64,000 nt of DNA from NCBI GenBank assembly GCA_016715995.1, contig JADJXF010000009.1:318436-382435 (forward strand). The letters are read 5' to 3'. Source of the DNA: Flavobacteriales bacterium (GTDB taxonomy: Bacteria > Bacteroidota > Bacteroidia > Flavobacteriales_F > PHOS-HE28). A program made the position numbers and the translations under genes. Below the pieces are notes generated by a model. It ran no database searches, was not told where the DNA came from, and saw only the letters and a list, made by a program, of their open reading frames with translations. Below are positions 8,832 to 17,782 of the stretch, piece by piece. Position 1 is the first letter of the stretch, and each line of letters opens with the position of its first letter.

Positions 8832-10675
8832 GGCAGAGTGAGCTCCTGGCGCAGGAGGCGGTTGTTGAATTGCTGGATGGCGGCCTGCAGCACACTTTCC
8901 TTTTCGCTGCTGCTCGTGCCGTTCCCATCGGAACGCACCACGCCATCCGCATCGATGGCGAGGTAGCTGCCGGTAGTGCGCGTCACCGCCATGGGCGCGC
9001 GCTCATCGCGCAGCGCGCTGCTCCCGAAGCTAAAGAAGGGCCGGGTCATGCCGATCAGGTCCATCGCGGTGGGCACGATGTCGATGTGCTGGGTCACGCG
9101 ATCCACCGTTCGTGGCGCGATGGCCTCCGGCATGTGGAAGAGCAGGGGTACCCAGTAGTCCACGGCCTCGGAATACTGTTGGCCCGTGCGGTCGATGTCG
9201 GCGGTGTGGTCGGCGGTGATGATGAACAGCGTATTGCCGAACCATGGCTGTTTCCGGGCTGTCTCGAAGAAACGCCGGAGCGCGTCATCGGTGTACCGCA
9301 GCGAAGGATGGATCCGCAGCGTACCGCCCGCGAATCGCTCGGCATCCTCCGGAAGCAAGTGGTAGGGGTGGTGAGAACTGAGCGTGAAGACCGTGCTGAA
9401 GAAGGGCTGTTGCTCCTGGCTGAGTTCATTCGCCACGTACTGGAGGTACGGACGGTCCCAGATTCCCCAAGAGCCATCGTAATCCTCCTTCACCGGGTAT
9501 TCCTCCAGCCCACGGTAGCGAGCGTATCCGGCGCTCTTGGCGAAGCTGTCGAAGCCCATGGTTCCGTTTCGACCGCCATGGTAGAAGCTGGTGGAATAGC
9601 CCTCCTCGGCCAGCAGGTTCGCCATCGACGTGAACGGCGTCTGTGCGTACACCGAGGTGATGAAGGCCTCGTCCATCAGCTCCGGGATCGCGGCGGTGAT
9701 GGCCGGTATGCCATCGATGCTGCGGCGCCCATTCGCATAAGCGCGTGTGAACGTGAGGCTCTGCGCCATCAGCGAATCGAGGAAGGGCATGTAGCCTTCG
9801 TTGCCGGAGAGCTTTGCGCTGTACGCGGCGGAGAAGCTCTCAAGGATGAGCAGCACCACGTTCGGGCGCGTGCTGGCGATCGCGATTGATTCCGGCGTGT
9901 TCTTCTGCTCGCTGTACTGATGCTCAACCGGCCACAAGCGATCCGCTTCTTCCTGTGTCATGTATGCCTTCTTCTCCACCACCGGCTTGCCCCAGGTCAT
10001 CATGATGGTGAAGGGCGTGTTCAGGACCACCGAGAAGTAGGGTGGCGGCACATGGTCGGCGGCGTTCATCACACCAATCGGAATGAGCTGCACGCCGCCG
10101 CGCGAGGCCAGCACGAGGAGCGCAATGGTCACCACGCGCCACATGATTCGCCTGTCCGGACTTGAATAGCCGCTGGCCGAAAGCCGCGCTGCGCGCCGAT
10201 ACGCCCACCACGCGAAGACCAGGCAGGCGATGAAGAGAAGCACGATGTACCAATACTCCTTCGCGAACACCGTTGCAAGGCTTCCGGTGTCACCGCCCCC
10301 TGCCATGATGCCGAAAAGGTCAGCGGTGCTGCGCTTCAAGGTGAACTTGTAGTATTCGAGGTCGGCGCAGGCGAAGAAGAAGCCGATGGCATTCACCACC
10401 ACGAACATGGTCTGCTTCACACGGGCGAACCAGCCTTGCTCCGTGTCGTGCGCTAGGCAGAGCACGATCCACGGCAGGTTGAGCCAGGCCAGTACGCTCA
10501 AATCGAAACGGATGCCGCCCCAATACGCGGCGAAGGGCACGTTCGGGAAGGCGTCGCGGTTGAGCAGCACGAAGGCGATGCGCAGCAGCGTGTACACGAG
10601 CGCGAGCGCGCCCATCCGGGCAAGCATCACGAGCAAGGGTCCGCGCAGGTTTCGCACGGCGCCAAAGATGCGCAA
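8828..10675 (-). CDS. LTA-synthase/sulfatase-family (LtaS-like) polytopic membrane phosphotransferase
   Basis: About 5 N-terminal TM helices, then a sulfatase/alkaline-phosphatase fold (VVLLILESFSAAY..., HGGRNGTMGFD, ADHTAD). 615 aa. Confidence 0.85.
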   Translation of the reverse strand: MRIFGAVRNLRGPLLVMLARMGALALVYTLLRIAFVLLNRDAFPNVPFAAYWGGIRFDLSVLAWLNLPWIVLCLAHDTEQGWFARVKQTMFVVVNAIGFFFACADLEYYKFTLKRSTADLFGIMAGGGDTGSLATVFAKEYWYIVLLFIACLVFAWWAYRRAARLSASGYSSPDRRIMWRVVTIALLVLASRGGVQLIPIGVMNAADHVPPPYFSVVLNTPFTIMMTWGKPVVEKKAYMTQEEADRLWPVEHQYSEQKNTPESIAIASTRPNVVLLILESFSAAYSAKLSGNEGYMPFLDSLMAQSLTFTRAYANGRRSIDGIPAITAAIPELMDEAFITSVYAQTPFTSMANLLAEEGYSTSFYHGGRNGTMGFDSFAKSAGYARYRGLEEYPVKEDYDGSWGIWDRPYLQYVANELSQEQQPFFSTVFTLSSHHPYHLLPEDAERFAGGTLRIHPSLRYTDDALRRFFETARKQPWFGNTLFIITADHTADIDRTGQQYSEAVDYWVPLLFHMPEAIAPRTVDRVTQHIDIVPTAMDLIGMTRPFFSFGSSALRDERAPMAVTRTTGSYLAIDADGVVRSDGNGTSSSEKESVLQAAIQQFNNRLLRQELTLP

Positions 10676-10678
10676 GGA

Positions 10679-12187
10679 TCACCGCGCTGGCCGGTATATC
10701 CAGCGGCCATCAACGGCTGACACTGGCGCGCCTAGCGGATAGGCCCATTGCAGGAAGCGTAGGCTGTCTAGCGGCCGGTCGCTGATCACGTAGCGCACCT
10801 CGCCGGATCGCATCATCGCATCGAAGCGACCCAGGTCGAACGGCGGATCCACGCTCCATTCCACGATATCCTTCTGGCTCACGAGGCTCTGGCCGTTCAA
10901 CAGCAGCTCAAGATGCCCGCGATAGGTGATGAACACATGATCCATGGGTAGCAGACCGAATTCATCCTTCAGTACGGAATGGAGGCGCTCATCTGATTGA
11001 AGCCGTGCCTCGTGCTTGGCGTCATCGCCGAGCGCAAGGACCGTGTAACGCAAGGCGGACGCACGGTGAACCATGTATTGCCCGGCTTGCAGGAAGAAGA
11101 TCAGCACGAGGGCCGAAGCCATAGTGCGGGATGTGTTCAGCAGTTTCGGTTCAGCGCTCATCACCGCGCAACCGACGAAGACAAGCACGAGGTTCTCGAA
11201 GAAGTAGTTGTATTCACTGCCGGCCTTCAACGCGGTGAGGAAGGCGAAGGCAAGGCTCAGTGGAATGGAGAGCAACAGGAATCGCGACAGCGGATCCCGG
11301 CGTTTGAGGAGGGCTACCGGAATCAACAGCGATGCGGCATGCCAGCCGACGAGGTGGAGGTAGTCGCGCGAGGCGAACAGATGCCGGAGGTAATCGTTCC
11401 GCAGTCCGTTCCGCAAGCCGCCAACGGTGTTCGCTAGGAGCAGGCTCATGTCCTCTCCTTGCAGCAACGCGCTGCCAACGACGAGCAGCGTGAGCCCGGC
11501 TGCCCCGGAGAACCACGCGAGCGCACGCCAATCGCGCAGCCAGAGGAGCAGCAGCGGCACAAGCATGAAGAGCAGGATCGCGGTCTGCTTGAAAAGCAGC
11601 GCGACCGCGGCCATCGCTCCGGCCAGCAGCATGGCGTCTCGCTTCTGCCGCGATGCTTCCGCTCGCGCGTAGCGGAACACGAAGAACAGCGTAGCGACGA
11701 ATCCGAGGGCGTATAGCGCATCCACGCGTCCGAAGAAGTGCTTGCTGAACGCGGCGAACGTGAGCAGGCCAGCGATCACCGCGCCTGATCGGTTGGCGCC
11801 AGCGGCCCGTGCAGCGGCGAAGACCACCGCCAACGTGAGCAGGTTGAGTACGAGCGACAGAATGCGGTTCAGCAGGTAAAGCGCTCGGAGCTCGTATGCG
11901 CCGATGCCCAGCGCCCTTGCGGTCCCCGCCACGAGCGCATGATAGGCCGGCGTGTATTGCACCACATCGAACGGCTGCTGCTGCGGATCGGTGTAGAGCG
12001 CCTTCCCCAGCATGATCTTCTGGATGCCGTGCATCACGCTCAGCTCCGCACCGGCGATGTCAGGGCTGTGACTCGTGATCAACGGCACGCGTAGACCGGT
12101 CATCACCACGACGCAGGCCCCCAGCAGCACCAGCAGCAGCTTGCGCGTCGGGGCGATCAGCCTATCCGTTGCTGTTAGCATGCCCAT
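10679..12187 (-). CDS. polytopic membrane protein, GT-C-type glycosyltransferase-like (ArnT/PMT-like)
   Basis: 502 aa with about 11 predicted TM segments and an early loop YTDPQQQPFDVVQYTPAYH. The family assignment is an inference from topology and operon context only. Confidence 0.5.
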   Translation of the reverse strand: MGMLTATDRLIAPTRKLLLVLLGACVVVMTGLRVPLITSHSPDIAGAELSVMHGIQKIMLGKALYTDPQQQPFDVVQYTPAYHALVAGTARALGIGAYELRALYLLNRILSLVLNLLTLAVVFAAARAAGANRSGAVIAGLLTFAAFSKHFFGRVDALYALGFVATLFFVFRYARAEASRQKRDAMLLAGAMAAVALLFKQTAILLFMLVPLLLLWLRDWRALAWFSGAAGLTLLVVGSALLQGEDMSLLLANTVGGLRNGLRNDYLRHLFASRDYLHLVGWHAASLLIPVALLKRRDPLSRFLLLSIPLSLAFAFLTALKAGSEYNYFFENLVLVFVGCAVMSAEPKLLNTSRTMASALVLIFFLQAGQYMVHRASALRYTVLALGDDAKHEARLQSDERLHSVLKDEFGLLPMDHVFITYRGHLELLLNGQSLVSQKDIVEWSVDPPFDLGRFDAMMRSGEVRYVISDRPLDSLRFLQWAYPLGAPVSAVDGRWIYRPAR

Positions 12188-12193
12188 GTCCCT

Positions 12194-12913
12194 TCATCCT
12201 TGGCGATCACCTGCATCTGCTGATGGCTTGCGCGCGACGCACAGCAGCGATCGTCCGAAGGAGTGCAGCACCAGCTTGTCCGTCACCCGCGAGCACGGAA
12301 CAACCATGCGGTCCCAGAAGCGCAGTTGCCCCATGGTAGGCGCGTTTTGGCGAAGCAGGCACTTGTTGGCCAGCGAGGGCAGGAGTCCCGCGCTGTCCAG
12401 GTAGCGGAGGTCGATGACTTCCAGCGGCGAGGGCAATTCACTGCGGAGCATGCGCTTGTCGTACCGGCGGAAATGCCCGATGGCACGGTCGAATTCGCTG
12501 AAGAGGAAGTTGAACGCAGGCACAAGGATGAGCAGGTGACCACCGGGCTGGAGCAACGCGTAGGCGCGTTGCAGTTCCGCGCTGCTGTCCTCAATGTGCT
12601 CGATCACATCGATGTAGAGGATGGTGTCGAACCGCCGACCGGTGAGCTGCGCCGTGGTGCCGTGGATGCGTTCCGCTGCGCCGAGGACCGGCTGCGACGT
12701 GAACGGAGGAACGCGATCGAGCAGCGCCTGGTCTGGTTCGAGGAAGGTGTACGCGCTCACTCGCTCATTCACGAGGTGCTCCGCATTGGCGCCGATGCCG
12801 CAGCCCACATCGAGCACCTGCCCCCGCACGCAGGGTCGCAGCACGCCCGAGAAATAGCGCTTCCAGTTGCGTGCGTGCTGGAAGAGGTCCAGCTCCGTGC
12901 CTTGATAGGTCAT
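12194..12913 (-). CDS. class I SAM-dependent methyltransferase
   Basis: VLDVGCGIGANAEHL (motif I, GxGxG) ... LQPGGHLLILVP. ATG at 12911-12913 overlaps the upstream GT2 stop (ATGA). Confidence 0.75.
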   Translation of the reverse strand: MTYQGTELDLFQHARNWKRYFSGVLRPCVRGQVLDVGCGIGANAEHLVNERVSAYTFLEPDQALLDRVPPFTSQPVLGAAERIHGTTAQLTGRRFDTILYIDVIEHIEDSSAELQRAYALLQPGGHLLILVPAFNFLFSEFDRAIGHFRRYDKRMLRSELPSPLEVIDLRYLDSAGLLPSLANKCLLRQNAPTMGQLRFWDRMVVPCSRVTDKLVLHSFGRSLLCVARKPSADAGDRQG

Positions 12914-13842
12914 GCGCTCCCGTCGGGATGCACGGTGTACAGATGCCGACCCGCGCGTTCGCGACGCTGGGCGGTGTTCACCAGCAGCAGGCCGGTGGTG
13001 AAGAAGCCCAGGCACAGCAGCATTCCGTTGAAGAGCGAGACAGAAAGCAAACTGGCCCATCCCGGGATGGCCCACGGGGTGAAGAGCTTGATGCCCACGA
13101 TGGCCATGAGCGAGAGCAAGAGGACGATCGCCAAGCCGATGAGGCCGCGCAGGAATGTGGAGAGCACCTCTTCACTGTACTCGATCAGCGCACGGAAAGC
13201 GTGCACGCTCAGTCCGCGGAAGCTCATCTTGCTGGTGCCGTCGATGCGCGGACGCCGGTCGCGCACGATGACGCGGGTGGCCACGCGCTGCCGGGAGAGG
13301 AAAGCCGCATAATGCGTGAATGAACGGTCGAGCACGGCGGACAGGACGCGGCGATCGATCATGCAGTAGTTGCCGAAGGGGATGCTGCGACCAGCGAGCA
13401 GCCGGAAGACGAGCCGGTATACCTGATAGCCGATCCGGAAGCCCACCGGCTCCGAGCGTCGGCCACGGGCCACGAAGGCGATGGACGCCTCCGAGATGCC
13501 CGCAAGCTCGACGATGGCACCCGGATCATCCTCGCCATCGCTGTCCATCACGATGAAGCGCCCGGCATCCAGCGTGCTGGCGAACTGCAGGCCCTGGTAG
13601 ATGGCTTCCTGATGCCCCATGTTGTAGCCCAGTGAAAGGCAGCGGAGCTTCACGTTCGGGGCGCTGGACGTATGCGCCAGCAGCAGGTGCAGGGTGTCGT
13701 CGGGGCTCGCGTCGTCCACCATCACCACCGTGAAACGGTGCGGCTGCCGGGCAAGCACCTGCTCCAGTTCCTCCACGAAGCGGACGGCCACGCTCCCCTC
13801 GTTGTAGCAGGGCGCGATGATGGCGAAGTGCTGGTCGGTCAT
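12910..13842 (-). CDS. GT2 polyprenyl-phosphate glycosyltransferase (ArnC/DPM1/GtrB-like)
   Basis: MTDQHFAIIAPCYNEG...VVMVDDASPDDT...VMDSDGEDDP, the DxD/ED catalytic motifs, plus two C-terminal TM helices typical of ArnC/GtrB. Confidence 0.85.
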   Translation of the reverse strand: MTDQHFAIIAPCYNEGSVAVRFVEELEQVLARQPHRFTVVMVDDASPDDTLHLLLAHTSSAPNVKLRCLSLGYNMGHQEAIYQGLQFASTLDAGRFIVMDSDGEDDPGAIVELAGISEASIAFVARGRRSEPVGFRIGYQVYRLVFRLLAGRSIPFGNYCMIDRRVLSAVLDRSFTHYAAFLSRQRVATRVIVRDRRPRIDGTSKMSFRGLSVHAFRALIEYSEEVLSTFLRGLIGLAIVLLLSLMAIVGIKLFTPWAIPGWASLLSVSLFNGMLLCLGFFTTGLLLVNTAQRRERAGRHLYTVHPDGSA

Positions 13843-13867
13843 GGCGTTCGGCGAAGTAACGGGGAAG

Positions 13868-13950
13868 TGTTGTCAGTTGTCTGTTCTCGGTTGCCCGTCG
13901 CACCGACCCCGCCTTCACTGACAACCGACAACCGGGAACTGACAACTCGC
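13868..13950. promoter_or_regulatory. imperfect inverted repeat rich in GTTGTC/GACAAC hexamers in the divergent promoter region
   Basis: Left arm gtgttgtcagttgtctgttctcggttg; right arm cactgacaaccgacaaccgggaactgacaactc. It lies between the minus-strand lipid operon start (13842) and the E1 gene. Confidence 0.35.
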
Positions 13951-13986
13951 CTTCGGGCCACCCAGAATCCCATCACACCCTCAGGA

Positions 13987-13994
13987 TACCTTTG
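13987..13994 (+). promoter_or_regulatory. Bacteroidota -7-like promoter box TACCTTTG
   Basis: Matches TAnnTTTG and lies 16 nt upstream of ATG 14010. This argues against the TTG start at 13992 used by the ORF track. Confidence 0.3.
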
Positions 13995-14009
13995 CCCCGC
14001 TTAACCATC

Positions 14010-16058
14010 ATGCCCACACTGACCACGGAGGATCGCCAGCTCCACTTCGAGCACGGCACCCACACCGACGCCTTCCTCATCGCCACCTACGAGAAGCTCG
14101 TCTTCCCCCGCATCATCGAGGAGAAGATGCTCAGTTTGCTGCGCCAGGGTAAGATCAGCAAATGGTTCAGCGGCATCGGTCAGGAGGCCATCAGCGTGGG
14201 CGCGGCCATGGCCCTGCACCCGGACGAGTACATCCTGCCGATGCACCGCAACCTGGGCGTGTTCACCACGCGCGGCATGCCCTTCCGCAAGCTCTTCGCG
14301 CAATGGCAGGGCAAGGCCACCGGTTACAGCAAGGGCCGCGAGCGCAGCTTCCACTTCGGCAGCCAGGAGCACAAGGTGGTGGGCATGATCAGCCACCTAG
14401 GGCCGCAGATGGGCATCGCCGACGGCATCGCGCTGGCGCACAAGCTGAAGAAGGAGAATCGCTGCACCATCGTCTTCACCGGCGATGGCGCCACCAGCGA
14501 AGGCGATTTCCACGAGAGCGTGAACGTGGCGGCGGTATGGGACCTGCCCGTGCTCTTCATCATCGAGAACAACGGCTACGGACTGAGCACGCCCAGCAGC
14601 GAGCAGTTCCGCATGAAGAGCTTCGTGGACAAGGCCATCGGCTACGGCATCGAAGGCGTGCAGATCGCCGGCAACAACATCCTGGAGGTGTACGACAACA
14701 TCGCGCGGCTGGCCGACAGCGTGCGCGAGAACCCGCGTCCCATCTTGGTGGAGTGCATCACCTTCCGCATGCGCGGCCACGAGGAAGCCAGCGGCACCAA
14801 GTACGTGCCCAAGGAGCTTTTCGAGGAATGGGGCAAGAAGGATCCCGTGGCCAACTACGAGGCCTGGCTGCTGAAGATCGGCGTCCTCACCATCGCGAAG
14901 CGCGACGAGATCCGCACGCGGCTGAAGGATGGCATCGAGGCCGATTTGAAGTTGGCGTTCGAGGAGCCGGAGCCGGTTCCCGTTGAAGAGGTGGAGGTGG
15001 GTGATGTATACGCGCCCGTTCCGAGCGGGGGCGAGGGGGGCGCGAGTACCAAGCTGCCCCTCGACTCCGCTCAGGGCAGTCGTGAGATCCGCATGATCGA
15101 TGCGATCCAAGAAGGCATGGCGCAAAGCATGGAGCGCCACGCCAACCTCGTCCTCATGGGCCAGGACATCGCGGAGTACGGCGGTGCGTTCAAGATCACG
15201 GAGGGCTTCGTGGAGCAATTCGGCAAGGACCGGGTGCGCAACACGCCGTTGTGCGAGAGCGCGATCCTGGGTGTATCGCTCGGCCTCAGCATCAAGGGCA
15301 TGAAGTCGATGATGGAGATGCAGTTCGCCGATTTCGTCAGCGAGGGCATCACGCAGATCTGCAACAACCTCGCGAAGGCCCACTACCGCTGGGGGCAGAA
15401 CGCCGACGTGGTGGTGCGCATGCCCACCGGTGCCGGAGTGGGAGCGGGGCCCTTCCACAGCCAGAGCAACGAGATGTGGTTCGTGAAGACGCCCGGACTG
15501 AAAGTGGTGTACCCGAGCAACCCCTACGATGCCAAGGGCCTGCTCATGACCGCCTTCGACGACCCGAATCCGGTGATGTTCTTCGAGCACAAGGCCATGT
15601 ACCGCAGCATCACCGGGCCGGTGCCCGAGCAGCCTTACTGCATTCCCTTCGGCAAGGCGAATGTTGTGCGTGAAGGCAAGGCCCTAACGATCATCACCTA
15701 CGGCATGGGCGTGCATTGGGCAATGGAGACAGTGCAAGCCCTGAGCGGAGTCGAAGGGCGACCAATTGATGCGGAGATCATAGATCTAAGAACACTCGTT
15801 CCCCTCGATGTGGACACCATCCTCACCAGCGTGAAGAAGACCGGCAAGGCCCTCGTGCTGCACGAGGACACCCTCACCGCCGGCATGGGCGGCGAGATCA
15901 GCGCGCTCATCAACGAGCACGCCTTCGAATACCTCGATGCACCCGTGGTGCGCGTGGCGAGTTGGGATACGCCCGTGCCTTTCGCTATTCCGCTGGAGAA
16001 TGGCTTCTTGCCGAAGGGGAGGTTGAAGGCGGCGGTGGAGAGGTTGGTGAACTACTGA
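14010..16058 (+). CDS. 2-oxoacid (pyruvate/branched-chain) dehydrogenase E1 component, fused alpha/beta subunits
   Basis: TPP-binding GDGATSEGDFHESVN...IENNGYG in the alpha part; a transketolase-like beta part (MQFADF..., GPFHSQS). Ends ...FAIPLENGFLPKGRLKAAVERLVNY. Confidence 0.9.
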   Translation: MPTLTTEDRQLHFEHGTHTDAFLIATYEKLVFPRIIEEKMLSLLRQGKISKWFSGIGQEAISVGAAMALHPDEYILPMHRNLGVFTTRGMPFRKLFAQWQGKATGYSKGRERSFHFGSQEHKVVGMISHLGPQMGIADGIALAHKLKKENRCTIVFTGDGATSEGDFHESVNVAAVWDLPVLFIIENNGYGLSTPSSEQFRMKSFVDKAIGYGIEGVQIAGNNILEVYDNIARLADSVRENPRPILVECITFRMRGHEEASGTKYVPKELFEEWGKKDPVANYEAWLLKIGVLTIAKRDEIRTRLKDGIEADLKLAFEEPEPVPVEEVEVGDVYAPVPSGGEGGASTKLPLDSAQGSREIRMIDAIQEGMAQSMERHANLVLMGQDIAEYGGAFKITEGFVEQFGKDRVRNTPLCESAILGVSLGLSIKGMKSMMEMQFADFVSEGITQICNNLAKAHYRWGQNADVVVRMPTGAGVGAGPFHSQSNEMWFVKTPGLKVVYPSNPYDAKGLLMTAFDDPNPVMFFEHKAMYRSITGPVPEQPYCIPFGKANVVREGKALTIITYGMGVHWAMETVQALSGVEGRPIDAEIIDLRTLVPLDVDTILTSVKKTGKALVLHEDTLTAGMGGEISALINEHAFEYLDAPVVRVASWDTPVPFAIPLENGFLPKGRLKAAVERLVNY

Positions 16059-16061
16059 GCG
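15980..16061 (+). repeat. direct repeat copy 1 (last 27 codons of the E1 gene)
   Basis: ttcgctattccgctggagaatggcttcttgccgaaggggaggttgaaggcggcggtggagaggttggtgaactactga. A 39-nt core is identical to the copy at 16741-16823. The AGG/TTG/GGG codon usage is atypical for this gene. Confidence 0.7.
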
Positions 16062-16081
16062 GATGATCTAGTTTTGGTTCG

Positions 16082-16468
16082 ATGAGCAAGCTTGGGATCA
16101 AGGGCAGCATTCCGGTGGACAAGGGGCGGGTGGAACTGAAGCTGTCCTTGTTGAAGTTCAAGGAGGACGACATCGTTTTCATCTACAGCCCGGCACTGGA
16201 CCTTACCGGCTATGGGAAGGACGGCCGCTCCGCTAAGCGTTCGTTCGAGATCACGCTAGAGGAATTCGTGAACTACACCACCAATAAAGGAACTCTGGAC
16301 AAGGAGTTGCGGCGGCTCGGTTGGACGGTCGGCGGGAGCAAGCGCTCACCGAAGTTCCAGCAACCCTACTTGGATGAATTGTTCAAGGCCCGACCCTATC
16401 TCGGCGAGATCTTCCGCGAGAAGGAGTTCCAGCGGTTTGATGAGGAGGTGATGTTCCCAGCAGCCTGA
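16082..16468 (+). CDS. HicB-like antitoxin (UPF0150 / RNase H-like fold)
   Basis: KFKEDDIVFIYSPALDLTGYGKDGRSAKRSFEITLEEFVNYT matches the HicB N-domain pattern (D-GY-v-sP-L-G--t-G-T-EEA). It lies immediately upstream of hicA with a 2-nt gap. Confidence 0.55.
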   Translation: MSKLGIKGSIPVDKGRVELKLSLLKFKEDDIVFIYSPALDLTGYGKDGRSAKRSFEITLEEFVNYTTNKGTLDKELRRLGWTVGGSKRSPKFQQPYLDELFKARPYLGEIFREKEFQRFDEEVMFPAA

Positions 16469-16470
16469 GC

Positions 16471-16704
16471 ATGTCTCCCGGCCTGCGGAACATACCGTTG
16501 CGCCGGTACCGGAAGTTCTTGGAGCAGCAGGGGTGCAAGTGCATTCGAACCAAAGGCGGCCATGAGCATTGGGCCAGGGCCGATCTGAACAGGCCGATCA
16601 CGCTCCAAAGCCACATCGACCCCGTGCCGGAGTTCATCGTGCGACAGCACCTCCGCTACCTTGGCGTGGACCTCGACGAGTTCGAGAAGTTGATGGGACG
16701 TTGA
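16471..16704 (+). CDS. hicA: HicA-family mRNA interferase toxin (YcfA-like)
   Basis: YRKFLEQQGCKCIRTKGGHEHWARADLNRPITLQSHIDPVPEFIVRQHLRYLGV, versus E. coli HicA FRRWLESQGV...GSNHLKLR...PRHPCDEIKEPLRKAILKQLGL. 77 aa. Confidence 0.75.
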   Translation: MSPGLRNIPLRRYRKFLEQQGCKCIRTKGGHEHWARADLNRPITLQSHIDPVPEFIVRQHLRYLGVDLDEFEKLMGR

Positions 16705-16740
16705 TTGAACCGGAGAAGAACATGAAAGCCATTGTGACCT

Positions 16741-16823
16741 TCGCAATTCCGCTGGAGAACGGTTTCCTACCGAAGGGGAGGTTGAAGGCGGCGGTGGAGA
16801 GGTTGGTGGGGTATTGAGCCTGC
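16741..16823 (+). repeat. direct repeat copy 2, an orphan 3' fragment of an E1 gene (...FAIPLENGFLPKGRLKAAVERLVGY*)
   Basis: ttcgcaattccgctggagaacggtttcctaccgaaggggaggttgaaggcggcggtggagaggttggtggggtattga. It differs from copy 1 mostly at synonymous positions. The sequence preceding it is unrelated. Confidence 0.7.
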
Positions 16824-16929
16824 GACGCATTATCCGCAAAGCCAGTCTCAGAAATAACGACGATCCGATGATGCTTTGCTTTTGGAGTTGGTCCAATCAG
16901 GTGAACTGGCTTGGGGCATCGGTTAACTA

Positions 16930-17349
16930 TTGTTGACGCGATTCGAAGAGGCACGGATTCGACGAAGGATTCAGCAGAAGTTTGGTGGTAAATGGTACCG
17001 AGATGATATGAACGAGTACCACGTAAAGCCTGAAGATCGGCACAAGCAGTTTGGGGTTTGCTTGAATTTGGAGATTGATATCAGCGCAAAGTCTTTCCGA
17101 ACCATTGAGATGAAGGTACGCTATGATAAATCCCGCGGCTTAGCGGAGGCTGTTATGGAGGTAAGAGGTGACCAACTGAACCATATCGAAGGACCATTTT
17201 CCTATACCGTGGAGACAGACCCTTGCTATGGTGATGCTGGTTGGTACCGCGTTCAATTGGTCGAGTCGAACAAACTGTATGTCTACTACGAAGGTTTGGG
17301 GCGCATGAAGCACATCTCTGGTTATGAGGTATGGAAGAAGAGGCAATAG
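16930..17349 (+). CDS. hypothetical protein in a low-GC (about 45%) segment
   Basis: 139 aa, MLTRFEEARIRRRIQQKFGGKWYRDDMNEYHV.... No family recognised. Local GC is far below the 63% background. Confidence 0.5.
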   Translation: MLTRFEEARIRRRIQQKFGGKWYRDDMNEYHVKPEDRHKQFGVCLNLEIDISAKSFRTIEMKVRYDKSRGLAEAVMEVRGDQLNHIEGPFSYTVETDPCYGDAGWYRVQLVESNKLYVYYEGLGRMKHISGYEVWKKRQ

Positions 17350-17410
17350 ACCTCCTCAATCTTGCGCCGGCTTACCGAATCTGCAATTCCCGATTCTCAA
17401 TACTCTGTCT

Positions 17411-17665
17411 CTACTTCCTGAGCCATTTCGTAGGCGCATTATGGCGGTAGCGTTTACCATCGCAAACACGGTCCCACACATCGAGGATGCTCTTTGAATT
17501 GTGCAGCGGCTCCTTGCCCGATTGCACCAAACGTCGGTTCCTCTTCCGCATGCGGCGATTTGCCAGTTGCTTATAGGCCCTGCCGCCATGGTGTTCCCAG
17601 TAGCCGAAAAATGGCTGGTGTTTTCTGGAACGGGACATGGCCTTGCCATTTGAATAGCACGGCAT
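17411..17665 (-). CDS. small basic hypothetical protein (84 aa)
   Basis: MPCYSNGKAMSRSRKHQPFFGYWEHHGGRAYKQLANRRMRKRNRRLVQ.... Tandem operator-like repeats lie directly upstream. It may be a remnant of a mobile-element gene. Confidence 0.25.
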   Translation of the reverse strand: MPCYSNGKAMSRSRKHQPFFGYWEHHGGRAYKQLANRRMRKRNRRLVQSGKEPLHNSKSILDVWDRVCDGKRYRHNAPTKWLRK

Positions 17666-17695
17666 GACGCAAGAATATCCGTGAGGGTTGTCCTT

Positions 17696-17782
17696 AGACC
17701 TCAGCAGGGTCCCACTCTAGACCTCAGCAGGGTGTCACCCGCTCCCGAGCGCTGGGCGTGTATTGCTAAATCTCAGCAGGAT
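17696..17782. repeat. three copies of A(G/A)A(C/T)CTCAGCAGG(G/A)T, two spaced 23 bp apart and a third 49 bp further on
   Basis: agacctcagcagggt at 17696 and 17719; aatctcagcaggat at 17768. They lie 30-120 bp upstream of the 17665 minus-strand start. Confidence 0.4.

Noticed and set aside
14397-15590. A 397-aa minus-strand ORF and an overlapping 274-aa plus-strand ORF (14162..14986) inside the E1 dehydrogenase gene.
   Set aside because: They are shadow ORFs of a highly conserved TPP-enzyme gene and translate into His/Arg/Gly-rich low-complexity sequence.
16569-16817. An 82-aa ORF overlapping hicA and containing the duplicated E1 C-terminus.
   Set aside because: Only its last 27 codons are protein-like, and they are the orphan E1 fragment. 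The upstream part is Arg/Pro/Ala-rich and overlaps hicA out of frame. I treat it as a gene fragment plus an open-frame artifact, not a gene.
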